64,000 nt of DNA, taken from contig OX337235.1 of the NCBI GenBank assembly GCA_946965045.2, positions 1,612,001 to 1,676,000 of the forward strand, in the 5' to 3' direction. This DNA comes from Epithemia pelagica. Lineage: Eukaryota; Protista; Bacillariophyta. The position numbers and the translations under genes were made by a program. Shown here piece after piece: positions 1 through 13,061 of the stretch. The notes under the pieces were generated by a model, which worked only from the letters and a program-made list of their open reading frames with translations, searched no databases and was not told the DNA's origin. How positions within the stretch are numbered: the first letter of the stretch is position 1; each line of letters opens with the position of its first letter.

Positions 1-3000
1 TTCGACCAACACACTCTGATATAGAGGTATGGAGAGCATAAATATCGGAAATCTCTCGAATGACATGTGAATGCGGTTTCTCTGATAGCGAGTCGTGGCT
101 CTGAAAGATTGCAATGTTAAGCACCTGACCATGTGATGTTTTGTTGTCAGTGTTGTCTTGAGCGAGGTTTTTGATCTTATCAACTTTGTCACCTGATAGA
201 TCCAGGAGATCTGCTTCCCGCTTTTCCGAGAGGAAGTTGAGATCAATTGGTTTCGCACCAATCTTAACGCGAACGAACCAACGGCCCTCCAAGCGTTTCA
301 GGATTTCTTCCGGGAAGTCTCCCATTTCAAGAGGATCTGAGGACGTGTCCAATGGTTCAGTAAGACTAACATCACGAAGCTTCAATGAGCCAAGTTCACT
401 TGCTGCCAGTGAATCAGATGAATTTTGCGGTTTCCGTATGGTCCCCCTTACACTTCTTAAGGCAGCCCCGAACCTCACTCTCATTCCTGGTTTAGCTTCG
501 TTCTCGTCTGCCAACATGCCGTCTTCAGAGAACTTGCGATGCTGCGAAGTCGGCCCATCAGAGATATCACTTTCAGCGAGGGAGAAATTATCAGTACTTT
601 GAGCCCTATCTCTCGCACTTGGTTCTGTCGCTGGAGAAGGCGGCTCCGTTCTGTTTTGGTCTGACGATTCGTTTTGCCTTGTTGGTCGTGCAAATGGTCC
701 TGTCTCAACGGACGATTCGGCACTTGTTGTCGAGCGATTTTGCCGAGTACGATCCGCCACAGCCCTGCCTTTTTCTCGTGCTATTTGCATAGCAGATCCA
801 AACCTGGACTTTGTCGCTTGGCTAGCAGACCCAAACCTAGACTTTGTCGCTTGTCCCACTCCTGCTAATCTATTTCGGATTTGCAAGCGACGATTCGTTG
901 TTTCTGGTTGTGATATCATCGACTGCTCATCATTGACATCAGTCAAACTGCGACTTGTTGTCGAACCCGAAACAGAGGTGGAATCAGTGACATCCAACGT
1001 CTCTTGTAGACCAGTGCCTCTCGAGCTATCGCTTTCAGCACCAGGAGTGGGGTTGGCGGCGCCATCCGGATGTGTGCTCGAAGTCTGCTCTTCCGAAATC
1101 GAGACGCTTGAATTTAACTTGTCATGTTCGACAGCTTGCATTGATGCTTCCGTGTTCGATGTTGAACCTTCTACAGCATCTGATAGGGAGCTAGGAAGTG
1201 ATGGAACGACATTCTTTTCCCCATAAGAAGAGGAAGCAGATATTGATCGGGACATCTCTCTTATCCAGATATGGAATTCTCGATCGGTCCCTATTGTTAC
1301 CAAATGCAACATCCCATTGGATTGGACGATCCCAAAAGCCCGCTTCAAGTCTCTCTTTCGACCACCACCAGTCAGCTGATACATTGTGGCTCCCTGAAGT
1401 GATATTATATCAAGTACTTGCGTTTTGCCCGGTGCACTGTACACGAGAATCAATCCTTTCCGTAGGACAGCCCAGTATGGCCAAAGAGTGGAAGTTATAC
1501 CCCCGCGCTGGCCAGTTCTTGTTGGGCTTCCAAGACGTAACCATCCGGTTGCTTGGTTGGAAACAAGTGCAACTGCAGCCAAACGATCCTTTTCTTTTTG
1601 AAAAGCCTCAAATCGCAGTAAATCGAGATAATTCTGCATTTTCTCGAAGAGTCCTCCAACGGAAATACCGTAGCTTCGCAGAAATGAGTGGACTTTATTC
1701 AGTGAGTCCTTCGCATCACGGACACTAATTATTGTCTTTGTGGATGCCACTAAAGCAGGATTTCCACCGTCAGAATCAGATATGGAACTCTCTTTTGTGC
1801 GGCTTTCACTTCCCTCCATTGCAGACACGATCCTTTTCATATTCGCCACCATGCGTCGAAATCGGGATGCGAAATCACGCAAGCAAGTAAGAAAGTCATC
1901 GAAATCCTCGATTCCTCCAATCTCCATCCCTTCGTTCATCTCGATCCTAGCTTTTGACTTGGTATACGCATAGGAAAAGTTGTGCGGTGGGACCAAATAT
2001 CGCAGGTCGGAAGCAGCGATTCCGTCCGATTCTTGCCCGCTCAGACTCTGTCTGGCTTTCAAGCGGTGATGAAGGCCACTCTCATAATTATCAACAAGAG
2101 AGGACCATGGCTCACCTCGTCGCGCGGAAATGCTTAGGATCCTGTCATCAGGTGGTTTTCCGTCGAGGAAAAAAGTCGCAATGAAGTCCGCATAGTGCGA
2201 GTTGAAGCTATAGAAACCAGATTTTTTCTCCGATGAAATAGCAACAACAACGTTTTCCACACGCGAACGGAACAGGACGACATCCACATTGTCAGGGACA
2301 AACTTCTCCAACGCTTTTTGTAAAAAGGTTTCAATATGTTCAACAGGAGTTTTCGTTGTATCGGAGTATACATTGGGAGTCTGCAGAATCAAATAATTGA
2401 AATCAGAAGAATCTGTTGCAGGGAGAACAAGGTTCAGAAATGCCCCCGCTGTTCCTTCGGGGAAGACCTTCGAATTGGATTTCATATAGTCCGCTGGATT
2501 GGTGTCGTACGGCATGAGAAGTGCTTCAAAAACATTCACAGCAAGGGTCTCAGTGACCTCGGGTCGAAGGTGGAAAAATCCGCCATTTGCCAAGTCCGTT
2601 GAAATGGACCACCGCCTTTTCGAATCTTTCAGCATCTCTTCCATTCTGAATCCAAAGGCATAATCAATCGAGTTCTCTCCTCCTTCAATCTTGTCCTCAA
2701 TCCTCAACATTTCTACAAGATAGTCTGATGGCGACATGCTTTTAGAAGTGAGATCTCTGTCCGTGGTCACCTCTGCTTGTTGTTCAATGTCAATTCGATC
2801 TTTCACTTTGCGAAAATCACAGGCCTTGACTTCCAATGCGGACATGCACCCTTTGAAGACAACTCGGCGTGTTTTTTTCTTCAGCGTAGCCTCAAAGCCG
2901 ATCTCCAAGTCTTTCATCGAAGAATCAATAAGATTGACAGCCGGAAGGATATGTTTATTGGAATCAGATTGCCCACCCTGCGGTACCTCTGGGTTGCTCT

Positions 3001-5929
3001 GTCGTTCGACGGAGACATGCTGTCTCCACAATTTGGACCGAAGCTCCGCTATTTGAATCCCAATCGCTATGCTGATGCCACCAGACTCTCGGCTGTGACT
3101 CAGTTGTTTTTGGACGAGAACCTTCCTCCCTCGTAAGTTCTTGGGGATACGCACCGTCCCCGACCCTGTTTCGACCTGTTCTGACATTTCAGAAATTTCA
3201 GTTTCTTCTTCCTGGATTGATCGCTGGACGATCGCAGTCAAATCTTCTAGCTTACGACGGAAAGTGTCTCCGTGGTACATCAAAGTGCTTACAGCAGCTG
3301 CAAGAAGATCTAGATCAAGATTCACCTCGTATCGGTGTATCAGCATCGACATGAAAACAACCATCTTCGTAAAGTTCTGCTCTGGTGTTTCTGGCGGTTC
3401 ACCTTCAAAGCAAAATATCATTGTCAGTTCACTGGGTGCAAGAAAGGGTTCATTATGTCCAGTATAGAAGTCGATTGCCGGTTTGAGTTCCACTGAGAGT
3501 CCCCGGAGCGTGAGTTGCGCTCTAAACGTTGAAATTGCTCGACTGGTGCCAAGACCACGCTGTCGATTGGATGGATCTTCAGCTCGCTCCAGTTCATATG
3601 CCACATCAGTCTCATCGTTCGGGAACTCAATAATACCTTTCTTCTGTGAATCATCACCGTTGACAGAATTCCCGATTCGTCCTGATAACATTGTCCGGGG
3701 TAGAGCAGACGAAACTAGTAGCATTACTTCGTCAAGTCGTGTGACAATATCACATGATTTCACATCTTTATGAATGCATGCAGCAACACGTGTTTCCAAT
3801 CGAGTGAGCCGGGCTGTCAAATTGAAGAGGTCTGAAGAAATGAACTCATTCTCATCCAGAAATATCTGCTTGGTAGTTTGAAGACATGCATCCAAGTCCA
3901 AGGGTGAGGATGGCGAAACCAGCATCTCGGGTGAAAGCTCGCGACTCCAATTTCCAGAATGCCACCGAGGGTCAAATCCTCCGCCTCTTTCGTTAACTGC
4001 AAAGCTAAGTATTCTGCACCAGGACGGGGCATCCACCAAGAATTCGACTTGATCGACCCCAACCTCATGTAATACTTGAATCTGCTCCTTTGGAGCGCTC
4101 TCAGAATCCGATGATGGAGGCTCCACAAAGTCAACGGTGGTTTTCAATCCAAAGGCTTGCGCCGGAAAGGTGTACCTAAGACCGAGCGGATCAGGACGAA
4201 CTACGCGATCCTCGAACAGTGGAAAGGTTTCATCGCGCCCAACCTCAGACAAGGGTGTAGAGGGTGATTCAATTGGACCTTTGGACTGGAACTGGACTCC
4301 ACCAGACAAGAGCTTCTTAATTTGTTGGTTGTATTTCTCCTCTAGGGTGAAATATGCCACTGATGCCTGTAGATATCCACCCTTTTCCTTCGTAACTTTT
4401 GGCCAAATGGCCTCAACGATGCACCCTTTTGAAACCAACTCAAAACAGTTATTATTATTTGTTGGCGGAACTGCAGTGGAGGATCGCGTTCCTTCACTCC
4501 TTCCGCTGGCTTGGTCCGGCGAACCTGGGTCTTGAGCAGACGGACCATAGGTTCCTCGAATTATTGCGTCGTACACAGATACGCTCATGGAAATCTTTTT
4601 GTGTACGACGATTCCATTCGGTAAAACAATGACGGGCTCGTTTTTGATGCTTTCTGGCAAAGCATAGCGTCCTCCTGATGCGTCTTGTTTCGTAGGTGAC
4701 GCGGGCGCTTGCAGTGCTGTTGTCTTGTCACTATCACCACTAACTGATGCTTTCTCGTCTAGCTCATCTTCCGAAGAGGTTCCTTCCTCTTCAATGTTCA
4801 CTTCGGCGTTGGTGGGTTTCTGAGGGGAAGTAGGACTGTCCTCACCCTGCTTTTCATTTGTTTCTCCGTCTCCCCCACTCAGAGTAGAATCAACAGTTGT
4901 GACAATGGGTGCGGATAGGCGTTTATTGGCCATGCTTTCGTCTGGAGATTCCTGAGGTACTAATGGATCTTGAAACTCCCTATCCTTGGCCAATAGGTAA
5001 GCAATGCCAGCCACTGCATGAGCAACGTGAGGAACTGCCTCTTGAGGCAAATCTACCTCCACACTGGGAATTGTGGCATCCATCTGTACGGACAACACTT
5101 CTCCATCGCGAACCCTTCGTTCAATAGCTACCTGCAGTTCCATCTTGTTGTCTCTTCCCGTCACCAATGGGATGGGTACACCATCGGTAGGTTTTATGGC
5201 CACTTTGTATTGAAGTTCACACGTTTTGTATATCAGCAAGGATCCGGAATGCCGATGATGATTATGTCGCCATACCTCTTCCGGTGGTGCTTCTTGGCCG
5301 TACTCATTGACGCTTACAAAACGAATATTAGCAAGGCTCATTTGTATTGCTGGTGGTGTCCACGGTCCTGGACGACGGGTTTTGAATTTGCCGTAAGGCT
5401 GAAACGTCACTTTCACCGAACTGACTTCCACGGTTAAATTGTCGAGGATACGATCAAACAAGTTGTAAGCTCCACGAGTTTTCATAATGCCCTGTTGAAT
5501 GAGAGTAACCAGCTGTTGTCGTGTTATTTGTTGAATGGCTTTCCTTCCTTCCGCCTCATTTAGAAACTGGAGCGGCTCGACCAAACTGGCGGAAACATGC
5601 TCAATGTCAATAAAGATGGGTGCCTTTCGGATATTGGTCCAGCTACTGACACAAAAAGATACTTTGGAAACATGAACAGCTTCAAAAGCCACAAAGGGCG
5701 ATACTTTTGATGCCGTTTCATTCAAAAATTCACAATTCAGTTCAACATCACGAATTTCGCCTTTCCCATTCAACAAATTGGCCGTGACCTGATCTTTATG
5801 AAAGCCAACGATAAACTAATAGAGGCATGTTAGCGTTGGCCACAAGACTTCAACAAGATGCGACACCCTCACTTTTCAGCTTACATTGGACAGTTGTTCC
5901 TGAAATATACCCAAAACAAACTGCTCCAT
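1..5929 (-). CDS. Very large Chorein_N (VPS13/BLTP-family) bridge-like lipid transfer protein, 3'-partial (runs off the left edge); exons 5929-5885 and 5815-<1
   Basis: ATG at 5929, GTAAG donor at 5884, CTAAC branch site and TAG acceptor at 5816. Spliced N-terminus MEQFVLGIFQEQLSN/FIVGFHKDQVTANLLNGKGEIRDVELNCEFLN...VSSWTNIRKAPIFIDIEHV resembles Chorein_N of BLTP3/UHRF1BP1. The same frame is open at position 2, and no stop-terminated ORF in that frame appears in the track, implying >1900 open codons. Confidence 0.7.
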
Positions 5930-7573
5930 CGTACTTTCTCTTGACCGTGATACGCACAATCAAAACTTCGTCGTCGTTTCGAGCTTGTGAGTGCAGAAGC
6001 CCAGAGAGCTTTCCTACCTTCCCACCGATCACTTCGTTCGATTGTCAATGAGATACGTAATCGTCGTGGGATGAGCGCTCTGGACTATCTTTTCAAGGGT
6101 TTTACATGAACATCGTTTTGAAGTCAGATGGATGAAGATCCTCTAGCGTGACATGGACAAAGATTGGATTGCGTTTTCGTCGAGTCGGTGTTCGGTGTGA
6201 CAAAACTATATCTGTTCTAAACGAATGCTGAGTAGAGGCTTGGGTTTTCTGTTTTGAGGCTTTCCTTCGAGCTACTACTTGCTAATTTGCTAATCCCCCG
6301 AAAGTAGATGAATGAATGGGACTAAAAGAAAGGAGTAGATGGTGACATGAGCGGATTCCTCGTCGCCCACGATCGACGGTCACTGGCGACGGGCGAGACA
6401 TCACAACATTCTTGTTGTGTAAACGAAGCAGTGCGAAGAGGAAGCATCAAGGATGTACTGACAGCAAACGAGACAGTCCGTGTTGCACTGAGCTTCTCCA
6501 TGCCTTTGCCCGACGCAGTAGATCAAGTTGAGTAAGAGTTTCCGGTCACATTGGGGCTTGGTGCTCATGGAGTTGATGTTGTGACGGAAGCCCGTGGACG
6601 CATTGCCTTTGGTCGGTTCATGGAGATGACGGCATTTGGTTCAACTGGTGGACTTATGTTGTTGAAGAATTCATACGTCTGTGCCACAGCGAGATCGCAC
6701 TCTGAACATATTTCCTATTTCCTACCCCATTTGTGTTGACGTGTGTACAACCAAACAGGCATTGACAAAATTAAGATTTGCGAATGTATGCATGACTCTG
6801 GCGGCCTAGGTAGACCATGACAAGAGCAATTCCTTGTTGGATACCCAGATTGCCATACAAGTGCAAGAGCAAAAACGGATTGTCATTGTTCCCACCGCCT
6901 AGCCTCAGTTCGAGGTAAAACGAGTTCGGCAAACCATGTTCAAAGTCATTTGCTCTATATACACAGAAGTTATGAAGCCAGACATGTGCAACATGTGTGA
7001 TTCATGTGCTAACGTAAAGGAGTGCGTGATGCAGGATGGAATTTGCCTGTCTTGCCGATGTATGTAAGGTTTTGATTCGTTGGCTCACCATTGCATCGTT
7101 TCTTGGATGCTTCATGAGCTTTCATTGCGTATGTTTTCGTCAGACCGAACTTCAAATGCCAAATCTGATGCGTGATAGAGCCGCTGCACTTAAGATCATT
7201 ACGTCTCTGGACTAAGAGTCATGTAGGTAGGGCTATCATCCGGCATGACTCAATACTCAATAGAGAACCAAGCAGCTATCATCAGTTGCGAAGAGCCAAG
7301 CCTCTCTTCCAACTAATGCGAATGCGAATGGCATGGCATCGGAAACAGAACCTCGACCAGGAATATGCGCTTAGGTGCTTGAGGATTCTCTTGATGGTTT
7401 TGGCTTCACTTTTCGGACCTGCAACCGGAACCTCAGCCGAACTGAGATTATGGACCAAACAGTACCAAACACATACAACAGACGCGACTGGCCATACAAC
7501 GTTTCGAAATCTCACGTAATAATACAGTAGCCATTAATCCCAATCCATTCTCACAGCAAGTATTCAAGCAACC

Positions 7574-8353
7574 ATGAAGAAAACAAGTCCTTTACAAAAG
7601 AGCTTTCGAATGCTCATTTTCCAGCCAGACAACGAGTGCGCTCAAATGTCTACCAAAAGCCGCCCGCTGACATGTTTGAAAATCCCTGGAACTATGGGTT
7701 ACTGTAGTGCTCATACCCTGATCAACCAAGAACGGGTGAAGCATGGATGTACTATCCTGAGGCGAAGTGTGTATCTGGATCGCTTGTGCCAAGTACATGC
7801 CCAAGCCATGGCTGACATGGGGAAACTCGTGCACTCGGTTGCAAACAGTCAAGAACTACAGTTTCTTGTAAATAGCGATATTGCAGGTGAAAACGTTGAA
7901 CGGGGTCCCAGCGTTGAGGCCATGCACAAAGCGGTCGTGGAGGCTGGACTTGAGTCAGCAGCATACCGAAATATTCTGGGGAAACGATTTCGGGACTTTG
8001 GGGTAGGAACAGCGTTGGGGAAGGACGAGGATAACAACACCACGTTATACATGGTTCATCTCTTTCGTGGTCACAAATGGGAAACGCTGGACAGTGATCT
8101 CCAGGGGTTCCTCCTTGTCCCAGAGCTGATGGATGAATGCAGCAACAGTATTGAAGTCCGACTGTTAGAAAGTCCGGACAACGGAGGAAGAAGAATGATT
8201 GCCGGACACGAAATATCGTCCACAATAGAAGGAGGGTATGGACTCAGAACCGTATCGAGCGATGATGAATCCACAGGGAGTGCCCTTACACAGGCAAGCA
8301 CAGAGGTGGTGCTGCTTGAAACCACTGAAAAGAGGAGACTGCGGATCCATTGA
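7574..8353 (+). CDS. CAP/SCP (cysteine-rich secretory protein-like) domain protein, copy 1
   Basis: AHTLINQERVKHG...LDRLCQVHAQAMA...HS...AGENV...HKAV...YRNIL...FRDFGVGTA...LYMVHLF: CAP domain motifs. Confidence 0.8.
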   Translation: MKKTSPLQKSFRMLIFQPDNECAQMSTKSRPLTCLKIPGTMGYCSAHTLINQERVKHGCTILRRSVYLDRLCQVHAQAMADMGKLVHSVANSQELQFLVNSDIAGENVERGPSVEAMHKAVVEAGLESAAYRNILGKRFRDFGVGTALGKDEDNNTTLYMVHLFRGHKWETLDSDLQGFLLVPELMDECSNSIEVRLLESPDNGGRRMIAGHEISSTIEGGYGLRTVSSDDESTGSALTQASTEVVLLETTEKRRLRIH

Positions 8354-9016
8354 GGTATACTTGCCACTGACACTCTTGGATCACTCCTTATTCACTTTTT
8401 CACTTGGTATTCCTGAGCACTTCTGTTCCGAACATTCCAGATGGCTTTAGCTTTGAATAAATACCATTTTCCTTTCCTGTCTCTCCCATCATCGTTTTCA
8501 AGTCTTGTTCTCATTTTGCCCGAAAAGTTCGTTCCACCTCTCCCATCACTCCCTCCCACGGAGGATGAGAAGTCTCTGCGATAAAATGGCACGCATTCGC
8601 ATATTCCCGTGAATCTTCGGCATCCATCTCTTTCCCAGTGGTGCATCTCCCAAACCAATTAAATTTATACGATATGTCTTCACTCCGTATTGGTCGCACA
8701 CGCTTAGAAAATTTGGGGGAATAGAAGGCACGATTCCTAATCGCAGGAAGGACACACCTCATCGCTGGAGTGAATTTAATTTTTTTAAAGACTCGAAATA
8801 ATTTATGTCGTGCCAGCTTAGAAGTAGTATGCGTCAGTCTTTTGCACGATCCCCCAATAACCTTTTCGACTATAGAACATTGAGTACCTGAGCCTTTTCT
8901 TTTGAGATCTTTTCACATTTTGTTACGTGCTCAAGGATCGAACAGCATCTCCATCCACAAAAAGAGAGATACCCGTGGGTTATACTGCCGCTGAATAGAA
9001 GTTACAAAACGAGACC

Positions 9017-9589
9017 ATGGAGCGAAGCAAAGGAACGAGATCTCTGGAAGTCGAACAAGACGTCCCGGCTTTGACGGGTTCATTCTCTTCAACCTCGTCA
9101 TCGGCAGACTCGGACTGTACGTCCTCTCACTTTCTCACAATTCCTGGAACCATGGGCTTTACGAGCGCTCACACTTTGATCAACAAGGAACGTGTTCGAA
9201 GAGGGTATACTAGCCTCCGTCGCAGTATACTATTGGATGAACTATGTCGGCAGCATTCGGCGTTAATGGCGGAGCAGACAGAGCTATTACACTGTACGGA
9301 AAGCATGGCTGATTTGAAAGAGATTGTCGACAGTCAGAATGCTGGAGAGAACATTCAACGAGGTCCAAGCGTCAAGGAGATGCACAAAGAAGCCATGCGT
9401 GCCGGACGCACCGCCTGCAAGAATATTCTGGGGTCCAAGTTTGTTGAGTTTGGGGTTGGAACCGCCGTGGGCAGTGACGGTAGGCTTTATATGACACAAC
9501 TCTTTCGAGGTCCTCCCGAATCAGATCCCTCTGTAAGATATAATGAAAGTCATATCTGTGCGGAGCAAGACTCTTCGGTCGTTCGGTGA
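9017..9589 (+). CDS. CAP/SCP domain protein, copy 2 (tandem paralog)
   Basis: AHTLINKERVRRG...LDELCRQHS..MA...AGENIQRGPSV..MH...KNILGSKFVEFGVGTA...LYMTQLFRG; aligns with 7574-8353. Confidence 0.8.
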   Translation: MERSKGTRSLEVEQDVPALTGSFSSTSSSADSDCTSSHFLTIPGTMGFTSAHTLINKERVRRGYTSLRRSILLDELCRQHSALMAEQTELLHCTESMADLKEIVDSQNAGENIQRGPSVKEMHKEAMRAGRTACKNILGSKFVEFGVGTAVGSDGRLYMTQLFRGPPESDPSVRYNESHICAEQDSSVVR

Positions 9590-10072
9590 CGACACGATCG
9601 CAACAAACCACAGGGTAACTTCACAATCATTCCATCAACCTAACTTCCAACGGAGAAAGACAAGAGCCTGATTGAAAAGAATAAAAGGCAAACCACATCC
9701 TGGCTTTTTAGTACACCGGATCCTTTATATGTTGTCTGCCATGAAACCCTCTTGCAAAAGAAGCAAGGGAAGAAAGACCAGCAATCTTACGGAGCTTTTG
9801 CAATTAGAATAAAGCGAAGAGAAACCTGGGTTTAGAGACGCAAGGTACAAAGGAAAGAGTATTTGTAAACACTCAAAGTCGTCGTTAACCATACTATATA
9901 TTCTAGGTGATTCAAATCGGTCGTGATATGATGTCCCTGGCATTCATCATAGGCCGAGCTTCAACTACCAGGATACCTCTCTACGAGTACGAGTAGTTAT
10001 GCGTTACCCTCATCCCCTTCGAGTTGATGTTGTGATTTGTGATGGAGCGTCCGCTGGGTCGCGCGGGACCCA

Positions 10073-10205
10073 GACACCGGACACCAAACACCGTACCCCC
10101 AGCGGGGGTGTTTCGGAGGTAAGAAGTTACACCATCAAAAATATCCCCGCTGGGGGTATCCCCGCTGGGGGTACCCCCGCTGGGGGTACCGGACACCGGA
10201 CACCG
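10073..10205. repeat. GC-rich self-complementary 15-bp tandem repeat (TAYCCCCGCTGGGGG x3) with an inverted copy and GACACCGGACACC direct repeats
   Basis: Units at 10142, 10157 and 10172; reverse-complement copy at 10093-10109; GACACCGGACACC at ~10073 and ~10192. Confidence 0.85.
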
Positions 10206-10328
10206 AAACGTAGCCGAGAGAAGCAAGATACAAACGAAAGATGCGACGACAAGTAGAATGAGTGTAGTCATCGTGGGATTGTATTTTGTAATTGGAAAAG
10301 CGTGAAAAAAGAAAGCCGAAAGAGGTCC

Positions 10329-11225
10329 ATGTCTCGATCTCATCCTGATTTTGGTGCGTCTCAAATCCCTCGTTGGAACAGCCGTACTAGAAAGAGACAT
10401 CGCTCTTTTCCTCTAGAGAACAAGAAGAAAGCACCTTGGGGAGCCTCTCCGGATTCCACACCGACGACTCGCGACGACGGTCGTTCATGGAAAAATGGAT
10501 TCACGGATTCCGCCACAATCGCATTGATCGAGAAGTTGCTGGCGGAAGATGGGGGAGCATCCACTCCACAAGATTCTACTGAAGAAGTCACGTTTCTTTT
10601 CACTTCTAACGGAAAGAGGCCGCACGGTACTGAAATAGTTTCGGTTGACGATAATGAAACTGAAGCGGAAAGCCAGTCCAGCAACAGAAGGCGCCGTCGA
10701 AAACGCCAGGAACAAGAGGATATGGCCCTAGCGTATCACTTGCAGCTCGACGAAGAGCAAATTGCTATACAATTGCGTGGTCGTCGCCGTGTTTTGGGGA
10801 AAGAAGCGGTTATGGATAAGTTGTTACCTTGTCATCGCCGAGCGGTTGAGTATGTAGAGACAAAAGCTCGAGCCATGCACTGTGCAGCTTTGCAATCACT
10901 GGAAACACGGTTTCGGTCACTGGGATACAATCCTTCAACGACGGCACAGGGTACGTCGGTTGACCCTATTCAGCAATGCTTAAATTACATTCGTGACGAT
11001 GCTCCCATTGTGATTCATCTCAAGGAAGAGACTATCGCTGTTTTGGTCAAGGATACCCACTACAGAAACTTGTTTGAAACCAACACGTCTGGAGGATCGA
11101 CGACTGCAATGCAAATACGACAACATGAAGATTCCCACCAAGATTCTCTAACAGCGACTGACATGGACTCGAAGACTCTTTCCAGACATCATCGAGCCAA
11201 TACAATCATATTGAGACGCGACTGA
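10329..11225 (+). pseudogene. Probably 3'-truncated DUF3626-like gene
   Basis: APIVIHL...LVKDTHYRNLFETNTSGGS recalls the DUF3626 YRxQFETGTSxG motif, but the ORF drifts into unrelated sequence and stops ~40 codons later. Confidence 0.4.
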
Positions 11226-11464
11226 TTTTCGATTAGAATTGCACCCTATCAGAGCATGTGGTGAAGAACAGATGTGGTGCTAGAAGTAGTACAAAGTACA
11301 ATTCTCCGTGTCCGCCCATCATCACCATCGACTTGGACACAACCCACATGACGGTTGGGTTTGGGTGAGTGTAAAGAAGTGAGCGAAGTATCCAAAACAA
11401 CCAAGAAACCCAACGCGAGAAGAGAAAACAGCGAGACGCCAAGCTATAATAACTTCGCGTTAAG

Positions 11465-13061
11465 ATGGATCTGACGACATCCTCACTGGCAACAGCAACT
11501 CCATCCAATGGAGCATCCCATCTTCCAGAAGTTGACGAGGAACAACAGACTTTGATTTCCTCGTCGTCTCGTTTTGTTGGTGGCTCATGCAGCAACGATG
11601 CGCTTGCGCCGTCGATTCCCTCGAGTTCTACGGATAAAACTACTGCCACAGGATCCTCTCTAACTGGTTATGGAAGTCTTTCGGAACAAGATCAAGCTGA
11701 CACCAAAACGGTTTCTATCGTCAATGTGGGGGCCACCACGTCATTGCTACCATTGCAATCGCAATGGAGAGCCATGGCCACTGGAAGTGTGGCAGCATCG
11801 ACCGATCTTCCCGAAACTGTTTCGATAAGCAGTCATTCTTTTGAAGGAAACGGAGATGGTGAATTTATCTCCCTTTGCTGGGGCAGACTGAGGCTACCTA
11901 TTTCCCTGCGACGGTTGGCCCTGGAACTTTCACTCTATGTGAACTTGGCCATTACCCTAGCGAAATTGGTGGCCTACCTGCAGACATTCTCTTTGTCAGT
12001 GTTGGCAGCTTTACTCGATTCCGTTCTGGACGTTGTTTCACAGTTGGTTCTGAATTATACGGAGCGCCATTCCTCAATGCAGCGAAGTTCTGCTTTGTAT
12101 CCTGCTGGGGCCAGCCGATTGGAACCTATTGGTGTCTTGACTTGTGCGGCATTAATGGGTATGGCGTCATTTGAAGTCTTGAAGGAATCATTTACGTCCA
12201 TTGTGTACCACAAATCAATCGTTTCAATGGAAGGCGAAGAGGCGCCCAGCATGTCATCTTTCTGGTCCATGGCAACAATTGTTGTTATGAAGCTTGTTCT
12301 TTTGGTCCTTTGCAACCGAGCAGCCAATCGCAAGTCAATTTTGTCATCGTCAACGACTGGAACCTCTTCTCGTGCCGTTGTTCAGTTGGCCGATCCAACC
12401 TTGGAGGCGCTAGCACAGGATCATTGGAACGATGCTCTCTCCAATACAGTGGCAGCTGTGGCGTTGTTGTGTGTCTTGCAAATGCCATCATTATGGTTTG
12501 TAGATCCGGTTGGAGCCATTTTGATTTCGATTTATATTATTCACAGCTGGTACGAGACTGGACATGAACAAATCGAACATTTAACAGGAAAAGCTGCGCC
12601 ACAAGAGTTTTTGGATGAGCTACACGAAATCGCCAGTGGCTTTGATGAACGTATGGTTGTAGACTGTCTACGAGCTTATCATTTTGGGCCCAAGTACGTT
12701 TCAGAACCTCTCACTATTTGGCTCAATTGACATGGACTTTCTTCTTACTTATGTATGCTTTCTTTGTTCTGCCTTTCTGTTTCCAACAATTATCGCTTTT
12801 TCTGGTCATTTCCTTCTTCTATGTAGATTTCTGGTGGAGTTAGAAATGGTGATGCCAAGAGAAACCTTGCTATTCGAATCACACGATTTGGGTATGGAAC
12901 TTCAATACGAAATTGAGGCACGAGAGGAAGTGGAACGATGCTTCGTCCACATTGATTACGAAACACGACCTTATGATGAACATGTCGTGAGCAAAGTTCC
13001 AGAATTGCGGGAAAAATATCGAGTAGGCAAAAGTCGATCACGTTCGTCGTCGTCTTTGTGA
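11465..13061 (+). CDS. Cation diffusion facilitator / metal tolerance protein (Mn-CDF-like); exons 11465-12693 and 12827-13061
   Basis: AALLDSVLDVVSQ, LEPIGVL, DHWNDAL, DPVGAILIS, RAYHFGPK/FLVELEMVMP...SHDLGMELQYEIE..EEVERCFVHIDYE; GTACGT...TAG intron restores the frame. Confidence 0.92.

Noticed and set aside
171-5437. Many 60-180-aa plus-strand ORFs
   Set aside because: Ser/Leu-rich antisense shadows of the long minus-strand gene.
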